Below, piece after piece: positions 39,282-48,327 of a stretch of DNA of 64,000 bases. The position numbers and the translations under genes were made by a program. The stretch is taken from IMG/VR virus record IMGVR_UViG_3300027730_000005; one strand, 5' to 3'. The stretch's first letter is position 1. Every line of letters starts with the position of its first letter. The notes beneath the pieces are model-generated. The model did no database searches, was not told the origin of the DNA, and worked only from the letters and a program-made list of their open reading frames with translations. The DNA is from a virus. Lineage: Duplodnaviria > Caudoviricetes.

Positions 39282-39482
39282 TTACTCCTTGAAGTGTTCT
39301 ATCACTGCATCAGCAACATCAAGGTAAGTGTTTTGCGGTAGATTGTTGGCCACAACCTGCATGGTTTCCCGAACAATCAACTCGGCGAATTTTTCTTTGT
39401 CAAAAGTTTCAAACCCGCCAACGCATTCAGAAAAGTGACGATCAGTACATTCTTCAATAAGTTCTCGAATTCGTTCGTTCAT
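39282..39482 (-). CDS. MNERI/EKFAELIV-family small protein
   Basis: Ends EHFKE. Confidence 0.7.
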   Translation of the reverse strand: MNERIRELIEECTDRHFSECVGGFETFDKEKFAELIVRETMQVVANNLPQNTYLDVADAVIEHFKE

Positions 39483-39706
39483 TTTGGTTCGTCCAAAGGA
39501 TGCATCACCCCTGGTGATCGTTGGGTGTAAAATTTTTCATCAGGTACTGCAATCACCATAACTTCATCTATAGTATTGCAATATGGGTCCAATGGGTTTG
39601 CGTATTTTACAATAGCACATTGAGTTTCTTGCCCTTGCTCAAATCGATCCAGCTTGCTCAGCAAGGTCAATAGATTGCGCCGAGATAGATAAATTCGTTC
39701 GTTCAT
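39479..39706 (-). CDS. Hypothetical protein sharing only the MNERI start
   Basis: ORF track. Confidence 0.6.
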   Translation of the reverse strand: MNERIYLSRRNLLTLLSKLDRFEQGQETQCAIVKYANPLDPYCNTIDEVMVIAVPDEKFYTQRSPGVMHPLDEPK

Positions 39707-39858
39707 TCTTCAGACCCTTTTTTCACATGTTTAGCACGACGACGATACTGCACCCGACTCTGCTCTGCACGATGACGAAATGGAGTGTCACGAGAGTACA
39801 GTTCCACAGCACGACGGCGCTGTCGAGGTAGTTCAATTTGAAAGCTCAAGGTACGCAT
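39703..39858 (-). CDS. Small Arg-rich protein
   Basis: Start MRTLSFQ, SD GGAG, behind promoter 39892-39920. Confidence 0.6.
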   Translation of the reverse strand: MRTLSFQIELPRQRRRAVELYSRDTPFRHRAEQSRVQYRRRAKHVKKGSEE

Positions 39859-39891
39859 TCGTATCTCCGTAAAAAATCCGGTATATGCTGT

Positions 39892-39920
39892 ATTATAGCA
39901 CACCCCGGATTAGTGGTCAA
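39892..39920 (-). promoter_or_regulatory. Sigma70-type early promoter
   Basis: TTGACC-N17-TATAAT. Confidence 0.8.
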
Positions 39921-39939
39921 CTGCTTTTACGCAATCAGT

Positions 39940-40215
39940 TTAGGTATTTTTCTGCGTGTTCTGATATGCTTTCATGATACCTTCGCCAAACTTAGTATAG
40001 TCAAATTTGGAACCTGCTTGAGCCAATTTGATTGATTCCTGCATGATGGTAGTGGATGCATCTGTAGAGGCTTTGAAAGCCTTTTTGGTATAATCAGCTT
40101 GTGTGTCAATGAATTGATTCATTGACTCAGCAATGGTGCTGTTGGTGACAAAAGTCTTAACGAATTGTTTTTTACCATTTTGAATGGTGTCGATCATGGC
40201 GTCTGCTGTAAACAT
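39940..40215 (-). CDS. Phasin-like amphipathic helical protein
   Basis: 91 aa, predicted all-alpha; PhaR-like operator upstream. Confidence 0.5.
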   Translation of the reverse strand: MFTADAMIDTIQNGKKQFVKTFVTNSTIAESMNQFIDTQADYTKKAFKASTDASTTIMQESIKLAQAGSKFDYTKFGEGIMKAYQNTQKNT

Positions 40216-40272
40216 ATGTTTCTCCTAATTTAAGCAAGTAGATTATAGAACCCGCCCTATGCAGCATCCTAT
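40216..40272 (-). promoter_or_regulatory. ROSE-like 5'UTR of the phasin-like gene
   Basis: CUUGCU-UAAAUU-AGGAG-AAACAU-AUG preceded by another hairpin. Confidence 0.55.
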
Positions 40273-40381
40273 ACACTATTATATATGATAAAATGCTGCG
40301 ACCGCACATTTTTAGGCAAAATTCAGAAGAAAAATACGCAGGTATATGTAGTCACTAATAAATAAAACATAGGAGACAATC

Positions 40382-40699
40382 ATGTTCAAGAAAATCGTAG
40401 AATTCTTTACTGGAAAGAAAACCGAAAGCAACTTTGCTCATCCCCTGGATGCAGTTACCGCCCCCAATGTGCCACAAGCACCATACAAGGTTCCTGAACC
40501 TGTTGCCACAAAACCAATTCCGGTTGTTGAGCAGCCTACTACTGTTGAAAAAGTTGTAGCAGAGCCAGCTCAGACTGAAAAGAAACCTGCGGTGAAGAAA
40601 CCTGCTGCGACGAAGCCTGTTGTGAAGAAACCTGCGGTGAAGAAGCCCGCTGTGAAGAAGCCAGCTGCGCCTCGCAAGCCTCGCACCCCCAAACAATAA
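40382..40699 (+). CDS. Lys/Pro/Ala-rich histone H1/AlgP-like protein
   Basis: KKPA repeats at the C-terminus; SD AGGAG. Confidence 0.6.
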   Translation: MFKKIVEFFTGKKTESNFAHPLDAVTAPNVPQAPYKVPEPVATKPIPVVEQPTTVEKVVAEPAQTEKKPAVKKPAATKPVVKKPAVKKPAVKKPAAPRKPRTPKQ

Positions 40700-40753
40700 T
40701 CTTACACTATATCATAGATCCAGTCCCATGTAAATACTACGTGGGGGGGTTCT

Positions 40754-41194
40754 ATGAAAATAAAAATAATAACAATAGCCTTGCTTGTAGTAACAATACA
40801 GGTCAGGGCTGCCGAACTGGTACATCAGTTCAATTCATCTGCATTCAACGGTGTTGGATACAGCAGTCATGTTCTCACAATTGAACAACTAGAATCACAA
40901 CGTCGAAAAGCCTTGGCCGATGCTGCCAAATCCGCTGCTGACCAAGCCATTAGAGATGCCAAGAATACCAATCTGGCCAAATTCTTAGTCAATGTTGAAA
41001 GTCGTATCTATGCCCAACTCTCAAAACAGTTAGCCGATGCTATGTTTTCTGAAGGCGGTGAATCTGGCCAACTGAATTTTCAAGGTACCAACATCTCCTG
41101 GCTGAAAACTGCCACCGAAGTCACACTAACCATTATGGAAAATTCAGGCAATCGCACTGAAATCACTGTACCCATCGGGAGTTTTGCATTTTGA
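40754..41194 (+). CDS. csgF: Curli assembly CsgF-like protein
   Basis: Signal peptide, then ELVHQFNSSAFNG, aligning with the CsgF N-terminus (FQFRNPNFGG). Confidence 0.7.
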   Translation: MKIKIITIALLVVTIQVRAAELVHQFNSSAFNGVGYSSHVLTIEQLESQRRKALADAAKSAADQAIRDAKNTNLAKFLVNVESRIYAQLSKQLADAMFSEGGESGQLNFQGTNISWLKTATEVTLTIMENSGNRTEITVPIGSFAF

Positions 41195-42006
41195 TCCGAA
41201 CTGTGCTATCACTGTTGTTGGCTACTGTACTCACTGGTTGTGCCGCAGTGCTGTGGGACACTGAACGTGAAGAGCCTCGTGTGATCCCCAGGGTAAGGCT
41301 GTTGGATTCTATACCTGCATTGGATGGCCCTCCTATGCCTATTGCTGTGTATGGATTTTTAGACAAAACTGGTCAAATGAAATCCAATGATCGACTAGCC
41401 CTATTTTCCAAAGCAGTAACCCAAGGTGCCGAAGTGTTTCTGATCAAGGCTCTGCAAGACACAGGCCGTTGGTTTACTGTAGTGGAACGAGTGGGGTTAG
41501 ACAATCTCATCAAAGAACGCCAACTCATACGTAATCAACGCGAAGTGTATGAAGGCAAAGATGCCAAACCCTTGCGGCCCATGCTGGTGGCTGGTATTAT
41601 GATTGAAGGTGGCATTGTGGGTTACGATACCAATTTACGTTCAGGTGGCGCCGGAGCCAGAATCATGGGAATTGGCAATTCCGTGCAATATCGAGTGGAC
41701 GAAGTGGTTGTGGCCTTGAGGTTTGTGTCGGTGCATACAGGCGAAGTGTTAATCAATACTGCTGTGAGTAAGACCATTTACAGCACTGCTCAAAATGCAG
41801 GCATGCTGAGGTTTGTGGATGTGGGCACACGAGCTGTGGAATTAGAAGCTGGTGCTGCACTCAACGAACCTACAACCTACGCTGTTCGAGTGGCTATTGA
41901 ACAGGCTGTGTATGAAACTATCATCACAGGTGAACGTCGAGGACTATGGCGTTTTAAAACTACAATGAGCGTGTCTGGGGAAAACTCGGGCATAGATAAA
42001 AAATGA
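41191..42006 (+). CDS. csgG: Curli secretion channel lipoprotein CsgG
   Basis: Lipobox LTGC; IAVYGFLDKTGQ.K, FSKAVTQGA, WFTVVER.GLDNL.KERQLIR. Confidence 0.9.
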   Translation: MIRTVLSLLLATVLTGCAAVLWDTEREEPRVIPRVRLLDSIPALDGPPMPIAVYGFLDKTGQMKSNDRLALFSKAVTQGAEVFLIKALQDTGRWFTVVERVGLDNLIKERQLIRNQREVYEGKDAKPLRPMLVAGIMIEGGIVGYDTNLRSGGAGARIMGIGNSVQYRVDEVVVALRFVSVHTGEVLINTAVSKTIYSTAQNAGMLRFVDVGTRAVELEAGAALNEPTTYAVRVAIEQAVYETIITGERRGLWRFKTTMSVSGENSGIDKK

Positions 42007-42602
42007 TAACAAAAACTCTCAAAAGTGTAATATTATTGGCAGTTATGCTGTGGTCCACAGCATGGGCCAATGAACTGTATATGGAACAAAGTGATGACTC
42101 GTCCACCATAACCATCACACAGGACGGTGCCAGCAATGAAATTGGCACACAACTGTCTCCGGTGTTTATTGGTGGAGGCTCAAATACTGTAAATATTGAA
42201 CAAATTGGTGCCGGCAACCAACTACAGTTTACAGTAAATGGTGCCACCACTGCTATGACCATTGAACAACACGGTAGCAACAATATCGGTACAGTGACTT
42301 GCGGTACCACTGCCAATGCCAGTTGCAGTGGCAGTACCATTTGGCAATTTATCACTGGTGATGACAACAACATCAGTCAGCTTCTAGGTGCCGGCGGAAA
42401 TCATACCAGCAAGATCACTGTGACTGGGGACACCAACACAGTGAGTCATACCAGTACCAACACAGGCGCTGTGAGTATGCAATACCTAGTAACTGGGAAC
42501 AGTAATTCAATTTCAGTGACCACTGCAGGTACCACAGCCAAGACTCTCAATGCAACTACTACTGGCAATAGCAATACTGTTACTATCGTTCAGACCAACT
42601 GA
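42003..42602 (+). CDS. Curlin-like (CsgA/CsgB) repeat protein
   Basis: Signal peptide AWA; about seven Q/T-x-G-x-x-N repeats at roughly 22-aa spacing. Confidence 0.7.
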   Translation: MITKTLKSVILLAVMLWSTAWANELYMEQSDDSSTITITQDGASNEIGTQLSPVFIGGGSNTVNIEQIGAGNQLQFTVNGATTAMTIEQHGSNNIGTVTCGTTANASCSGSTIWQFITGDDNNISQLLGAGGNHTSKITVTGDTNTVSHTSTNTGAVSMQYLVTGNSNSISVTTAGTTAKTLNATTTGNSNTVTIVQTN

Positions 42603-43623
42603 TGCAGTAGCTTCTGTCGGAACAATTACTTCCTTGACAGGACCCACTGAAATAGTAAGAAAGCGACAAAGCATGCCTAGTCAGGCTGGCTCGGCCATTG
42701 AGATGAATGACACAGTGGTCACTGCTCGCGCTCGAGCAGAACTGACTTTTGTAGACCGGACTCAGGTCAAAATCACTGAACAGTCAAAACTGATCATAGA
42801 TGACTTTGTGTATGATTCCAATCAAGGTACAGGTAAACTGGCATTGAAAATGGCGCTGGGTACTGCTAGATATGCGTCAGGACAGATTGCCAAGAACTCA
42901 CCGCAAAATGTAGCTGTGCAAACTCCTACGGCCACAGTGGCTGTGCGTGGCACAGATTTCTCAATGACTGTGGACGAACTGGGTCGCAGTATGATTGTAT
43001 TACTACCCAGTTGCGATCAAAACAGTTGTGTCACCGGAGTGATTGAAGTGTTCAACGAAGCTGGTCGTGTGATGCTTACCCAGGCCTATCAAGCCACACT
43101 GGTCACAAGTTTGAGTACTCCGCCCAGTCAACCTACAATGATCACTGTGGATATCAATAACATAAACAATTTGCTGATCATTAGCCCACCTGTTGAACTG
43201 CGCAGAGAAGAATTTCAAAATAGCCGCCAAGAACAAGAATTCAATCTGCTAAATGTAGATTTCTTACGATACGATGAGCTGGAAAAAAACTATCTAGACA
43301 ACAGATTTTTGGATGTTGATTTTTTAGAAAACACGTTTTTGAGTAATGAATTGGATGCAGTTGGAATAAATGTCTGGGCAGCAACTGCTTATTTGTTGGA
43401 TAATGGCATGATGCCAGGATATGATCCCGCTAGTTTATTGCGATACACTGTGGATGATCAAGATCGCTTGTTTCTCATACGCAAAGTCAACAATCACTAC
43501 ACTGAACTCATTGTGAGCAAAGAAGCCAATCTAGTAGTAGATATTCGGCAAGACGGCATTCCTGTATGGCAGAGGGTAAATCGCGGAGGATCTACCACAG
43601 TTACAATTGTGCAAAGGCAATAA
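42550..43623 (+). CDS. Exported FecR-domain protein
   Basis: Signal peptide; D.V.T...A.L.F.D.T...I...S.L.ID.F, L.M..GTARY, V.TPTATVAVRGTDF. Confidence 0.8.
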   Translation: MQLLLAIAILLLSFRPTDAVASVGTITSLTGPTEIVRKRQSMPSQAGSAIEMNDTVVTARARAELTFVDRTQVKITEQSKLIIDDFVYDSNQGTGKLALKMALGTARYASGQIAKNSPQNVAVQTPTATVAVRGTDFSMTVDELGRSMIVLLPSCDQNSCVTGVIEVFNEAGRVMLTQAYQATLVTSLSTPPSQPTMITVDINNINNLLIISPPVELRREEFQNSRQEQEFNLLNVDFLRYDELEKNYLDNRFLDVDFLENTFLSNELDAVGINVWAATAYLLDNGMMPGYDPASLLRYTVDDQDRLFLIRKVNNHYTELIVSKEANLVVDIRQDGIPVWQRVNRGGSTTVTIVQRQ

Positions 43624-43630
43624 ATACTGT

Positions 43631-43912
43631 ATGGGTGATTATTTCAAACTTGTGGCCGAAGTGGGCTTTCCAATAGCAGCAGCCATAGCTGGCGGTTACT
43701 TTGTGTTTTTAACACTGAAGTTTATTCTAGCCGGGGTAACCAGCTCTGTGAATGGAATCAAAGGTATAATCAGTGCTTTAGATAATCGTGTAAAAACCAT
43801 GAACCATGATGTCATACGCATAGATACTGTGGTTTCGAATGCGTTAGGTCTTGTACCTGATGTGGTCCGTGTGGCTCGTGCTGATGGCAAAAACGATGCT
43901 CGACGTGACTGA
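43631..43912 (+). CDS. Small single-TM protein (paralogue of 44073-44411)
   Basis: GFPIAAAIAGGYF plus coiled coil. Confidence 0.7.
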   Translation: MGDYFKLVAEVGFPIAAAIAGGYFVFLTLKFILAGVTSSVNGIKGIISALDNRVKTMNHDVIRIDTVVSNALGLVPDVVRVARADGKNDARRD

Positions 43913-43921
43913 AAGACAATT

Positions 43922-44086
43922 ATGCTATTTGTTGACTACACACTTCGCACTGCCGACAATGGCAACATTATTCTCGACGAAGAACTCAAAGCTCAAAGTT
44001 TGGGCGTAGCAGAGGGTGATACCTTTGTGGTTCATATTGTAAACAATCAAATTATATTAGAAAAACAACAACATGGACTTAGCTGA
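43922..44086 (+). CDS. AbrB/MazE-like 54-aa protein not in the track
   Basis: Translated by hand: LGVAEGDTFVVHIVNNQIILEK. Confidence 0.55.
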   Translation: MLFVDYTLRTADNGNIILDEELKAQSLGVAEGDTFVVHIVNNQIILEKQQHGLS

Positions 44087-44411
44087 ACTTATCAACAAAT
44101 ACGGTTTCCCCATTGTGGCTGCTGGAGGTCTTGGGTATCTCATATATTACGTATGGGTATGGGCTACCAAAGAAATCAAGCCTGTGCTGAGTGAAGCCAA
44201 TAGCACACTGATTGCGTTGATCGATCGTATCCGTATGCTTGACAACGATCTTATTAGACTGCAACAAAAAGTCAATGTCACACTGCAATTGCGTGGCAAA
44301 GTCATTGAAAGCGAACGTGTGCTAGCACAACAGAAATTTGATTCCGAAGCTGAAACAAAATTCAAGAAGGCAGCGGCGGAAGACTCCGACACTGCTGCTG
44401 GCAAAAGTTAA
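44073..44411 (+). CDS. Small single-TM protein (paralogue of 43631-43912)
   Basis: GFPIVAAGGLGYL...LDNDLIR. Confidence 0.7.
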   Translation: MDLAELINKYGFPIVAAGGLGYLIYYVWVWATKEIKPVLSEANSTLIALIDRIRMLDNDLIRLQQKVNVTLQLRGKVIESERVLAQQKFDSEAETKFKKAAAEDSDTAAGKS

Positions 44412-45112
44412 TGACATTACTCATAGCCACGCTGTTGATGACACATGCTACTATAGTTTGTGTTACACTTTATCTACACCGCAGTCAAACTCATAGATCA
44501 GTAGAATTCCATCCGCTTGTGGCGCATGGCATGCGCCTTTGGCTGTGGCTGTCAACTGGTATGGTCACACGCCAATGGGTTGCTATACATCGTTCTCATC
44601 ATCGGCACAGTGATCAATCTGACGATCCGCACTCGCCCCATGTGTGGGGTATTTGGCGTGTGCTGTTTGGTGGTGCGTGGCTTTATAATCAAGCTGCTCA
44701 AGATAGTGCATTAGTTAAGCAATACGGAGTAGGCACTCCCGACGACTGGATTGAACGTAACCTGTATACTGCACATAGCCGCCTTGGTATTCTTTTGATG
44801 CTGATTATAGATTTATTGTTATTTGGGCCTTGGGGACTTATGGTGTGGGTCGTACAAATGCTATGGGTACCTTTTCACGCCGCCGGAGTTATTAATGGAT
44901 TAGCACATTGGTGGGGTTATAAAAATGGTCCCACCAAGGATCAAAGTCGTAACATCAGTCCCTGGGGAATATGGATTGGTGGCGAGGAATTGCATTCTAA
45001 TCATCACCAAGAACCAGCTAGTGCTAAATTAAGTCGCAAGTGGTTTGAATTTGACGAAGGTTGGATGTGGATCTGTATTTTACGTTTTTTTAAACTTGCC
45101 AAAGTTCGTTAA
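44411..45112 (+). CDS. Membrane fatty-acid (delta-9-like) desaturase
   Basis: His boxes HRSQTH, HRSHH, LHSNHH. Confidence 0.9.
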   Translation: MTLLIATLLMTHATIVCVTLYLHRSQTHRSVEFHPLVAHGMRLWLWLSTGMVTRQWVAIHRSHHRHSDQSDDPHSPHVWGIWRVLFGGAWLYNQAAQDSALVKQYGVGTPDDWIERNLYTAHSRLGILLMLIIDLLLFGPWGLMVWVVQMLWVPFHAAGVINGLAHWWGYKNGPTKDQSRNISPWGIWIGGEELHSNHHQEPASAKLSRKWFEFDEGWMWICILRFFKLAKVR

Positions 45113-47161
45113 TTATTTTTCGGTCGCTATCCATTCACCATTCCAATTGGACGGTAAGGCTTGCCGCTTCATAAAGTCGCAACGTTCCGTCCATATCTTA
45201 TAATACTTGTCCATCTGTCCGCCAAAGTTTCCCTTTAGATCTGCACACATTACAGCAGCTTCGTCAAACTTTTTCTGTCGATACAAGGCATGCATCGCTT
45301 CGTGTTGTGCTTTGTCTTTAGAGTAATCTGTGCCTTTGGTGCGTAGAGCTGTATAGATCAAGTCTGCTACAGTTTTACCCTTTGGTTGTAAGTTATCTAG
45401 CAACAAATACAAGAAGTCATCTTTGGTTCTATTATATGTTTCGGCACCAATAATACATAGCACACCATATGCTTTGCAACGTGCTTCCAAACGTGCAGCG
45501 GTGCTCACCATGTCACCCAAGATGTCATAGCTGTGTCTTTCTGTTGATCCCATTTCACCAATAAAGCCAATACCACTGTTACAACCCCAACCCATTGCAG
45601 CAGGTGGTAATCCCTGTGCTTCCATAACTTTGGTATACTCGTCTACCTTGTCTAGCATTTCAAGTCCTACCTTAACAATTGTTCGTGCGTGGTCAGGATC
45701 TTCAATAGGAGCACCGTGTATGTGCATTGATGCATCGCCCACATACTTGATGACCATACCTTGGTTGTCTAGCATTGGCTGACTAATGGCATCCATATAA
45801 CCGTTCATGTACTTGCCAAGTCCGGCAACGTCATCGCCATAGTATTCACCAATAGGAGTAAATCCACGCAAGTCGCTGAACATAACTGATACGTCTTTAC
45901 GCACACCTCGCTTGATTAAGTCTGGATCTTTTTGTAGTAACTCTACTACTTCTTTGGAGCAGTAACCGGCAAACTGTTTCTTTATGGCTTGCTTTTGCAA
46001 GAACTCGCTTAGAAACTTGATACCATAGGCATGCAGAGCGACCAAAGTTGTGCCAACTGCAAAGGCAGTAGCATCGAATAAGAATAAAAAATTGCTGTAA
46101 GCAAGAATGCTGCCAGCAATACCGCCGCCCACAATAACCAAAACTGTCGCCATACCTGCATAAGTATACCTCGTCAAAAACAACAATGTTAGGCCAGCCA
46201 GAGCCATGGCCAATATCTCAGCACCGTCGGCCCAATCAGGCCGCACAATGCGACGTTCTGAAGTCAGGGTATCTAGTACAGCGGCCTGCAGATAATGCGG
46301 GAAGACCTCACCTCTTGCAGTGGCCACTGGGTTGTTGAGTCCCCGGGCGGATAAGCCCACAATGACGATTCCACCTTGGAAATCTTTTGGCAAACTAGCC
46401 AAGGAGTGTTCTTGCGGTCGGGATGACCAATCCACCCAGATTCTACCAAGACTGTCTGTTGGGATTTTTCCAAACTGTGGAATTCTAACTGCTTCAATAA
46501 TTCCTGAGTTGACTCGAACTTGGAAAGAGGGGTCGCCTGCTGCAACTCGTAGGGTTTCAAGACTGATAGAGGGGTAGATCTGTTGTCCAACACTGACGAC
46601 CATGGGGATTCTGCGAACGACACCGTCCAGTTCGGGCACAGTGTTAACAATACCAATACCAGCTGCTGTTTCATTGATCTTCCTTTCGTTGGGTTGAATT
46701 GCCCGGTATGGTATGCCCGGTTCACCTGAACCAATCACGCTTACACCAGGTCTAAATGGCACAGTGTTGGTGCGCACTGGGTCATTGGTTGCGGTGTGTG
46801 GCAACACCACAGGATATTTTTGTAAGAGTTGCGCCAATTGCTGATCTTGACCTGCACGATCTGCGTCGGGCATGAACACATTAAACACCACAAGACCTGC
46901 ATTACGCTGATAGAGATCTTGAATTATTTGGGCGTATTGGCCCCGGGGAAAAGGAAACTGTCCACGCTGCTCAATGGCCTGATCATCAATGTTCACTAGA
47001 TGTACGCCAGAGCTGGCCGTGGTTGGTGTGCTGGTTATCACTGTGTCAAAGTAACGCAGCCTAACACTTTCTACTAAGGCTGGATCTGCGATTCTAATGC
47101 CAACCATTATGGCTAGAGTTAGCAGCGCAGTCCAAGGGGATAACAGTAATTTTTTTACCAC
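45113..47161 (-). CDS. CHASE2-domain class III nucleotidyl cyclase
   Basis: TM-CHASE2-3TM-cyclase; FSDLRGFT, KYVGDA, YDILGDMVSTAARLE; start GTG 47161 or TTG 47164. Confidence 0.9.
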   Translation of the reverse strand: MVKKLLLSPWTALLTLAIMVGIRIADPALVESVRLRYFDTVITSTPTTASSGVHLVNIDDQAIEQRGQFPFPRGQYAQIIQDLYQRNAGLVVFNVFMPDADRAGQDQQLAQLLQKYPVVLPHTATNDPVRTNTVPFRPGVSVIGSGEPGIPYRAIQPNERKINETAAGIGIVNTVPELDGVVRRIPMVVSVGQQIYPSISLETLRVAAGDPSFQVRVNSGIIEAVRIPQFGKIPTDSLGRIWVDWSSRPQEHSLASLPKDFQGGIVIVGLSARGLNNPVATARGEVFPHYLQAAVLDTLTSERRIVRPDWADGAEILAMALAGLTLLFLTRYTYAGMATVLVIVGGGIAGSILAYSNFLFLFDATAFAVGTTLVALHAYGIKFLSEFLQKQAIKKQFAGYCSKEVVELLQKDPDLIKRGVRKDVSVMFSDLRGFTPIGEYYGDDVAGLGKYMNGYMDAISQPMLDNQGMVIKYVGDASMHIHGAPIEDPDHARTIVKVGLEMLDKVDEYTKVMEAQGLPPAAMGWGCNSGIGFIGEMGSTERHSYDILGDMVSTAARLEARCKAYGVLCIIGAETYNRTKDDFLYLLLDNLQPKGKTVADLIYTALRTKGTDYSKDKAQHEAMHALYRQKKFDEAAVMCADLKGNFGGQMDKYYKIWTERCDFMKRQALPSNWNGEWIATEK

Positions 47162-47168
47162 CAAATAT

Positions 47169-48323
47169 TTATCGTGGCAGGCCTCTTAAAATATCTATCA
47201 TACGATGAGCTAAATTGCGAAACCATTTCTCATCGTGTCCACGGGTTGTTTCTGCGGCCACACCAATACGTACACCTGATGTTTCAGCAAAGCTACGAGT
47301 TTCGCCTGGTACACCATTTTTGTTTACGGTGATTCCTTGTGCTTCTAATTTATCAGCATACTCGCGACCACTCATGGCATGATTACGCAGATCTACAGTG
47401 AACATATGACATTGTGTGCTGCCACTCACGATGTCAACTCCTGCATCTAGAAACGTTTGTGCCATGGCATGTGCGTTGATGCGAATACGTTTGGCATACA
47501 GTTTGAATTCTGGTTGTAGTGCTTCATAAAAGCACTGTGCCTTGCCAGCAATGATGTGCATGAGCGGACCACCCTGGGTTCCAGGAAACACTGCACCATT
47601 AATTTTCTTGCTAAGTTCATCGTCATTCCACATGATCATACCACCACGAGGACCGCGTAAAGTCTTATGTGTAGTTGTGGTTACAACGTGAGCATGAGGG
47701 AATGGACTTGGATATTCGCCGCCAGCAATCAATCCTGAATAGTGGCTGATATCTGCTAGTAAGACGGCACCAACAGAGTCTGCAATTTCACGAAATCTCT
47801 TCCAATCAATCACTTGACTGTATGCACTAGCTCCAGCAATGATCATCTTAGGACGATTCCACTCGGCTAGTTTTTTGACTTCTTGATAGTTAATAAAACC
47901 ATTTTCGCCTACACCATAACTAACAGGATCAAACCATGCGCCGCTGACATTTACGTTGGCACCGTGGCTCAAATGCCCGCCACTGGCAAGATCCATTCCA
48001 AGAACGCAGTCACCTGGAGTCAATAATGCCTTGAACACTGCTAGGTTGGCATTAGCGCCTGAGTGTGGTTGCACATTGGCAAATGAACAGCCAAACAACT
48101 TGGTAGCATATTCAATGGCAATGTTTTCAATCTTGTCAACATTGGCACATCCATTGTAGTATCGCTTGCCCGGCAAGCCTTCTGCATACTTGTTGGTTAA
48201 AATACTACCACACAATTCCATAACTGCATCACTAGTGTAGTTTTCACTGGCAATAAGTTCAATTGTATTTTCTTGTCTGATTGCTTCGTTGTTTAAAGCA
48301 ATGTGAATTCTTGGATCTATCAT
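47169..48323 (-). CDS. glyA: Serine hydroxymethyltransferase
   Basis: ELIASEN, NKYAEG, NVQPHSG, GGHLSHG, TTTHKTLRGPRGG. Confidence 0.95.
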   Translation of the reverse strand: MIDPRIHIALNNEAIRQENTIELIASENYTSDAVMELCGSILTNKYAEGLPGKRYYNGCANVDKIENIAIEYATKLFGCSFANVQPHSGANANLAVFKALLTPGDCVLGMDLASGGHLSHGANVNVSGAWFDPVSYGVGENGFINYQEVKKLAEWNRPKMIIAGASAYSQVIDWKRFREIADSVGAVLLADISHYSGLIAGGEYPSPFPHAHVVTTTTHKTLRGPRGGMIMWNDDELSKKINGAVFPGTQGGPLMHIIAGKAQCFYEALQPEFKLYAKRIRINAHAMAQTFLDAGVDIVSGSTQCHMFTVDLRNHAMSGREYADKLEAQGITVNKNGVPGETRSFAETSGVRIGVAAETTRGHDEKWFRNLAHRMIDILRGLPR

Positions 48324-48327
48324 ACTT

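Noticed and set aside
42540-42605. Programmed frameshift fusing curlin to FecR
   Set aside because: No slippery heptamer is seen, and the overlap encodes a complete signal peptide, which favours independent initiation.
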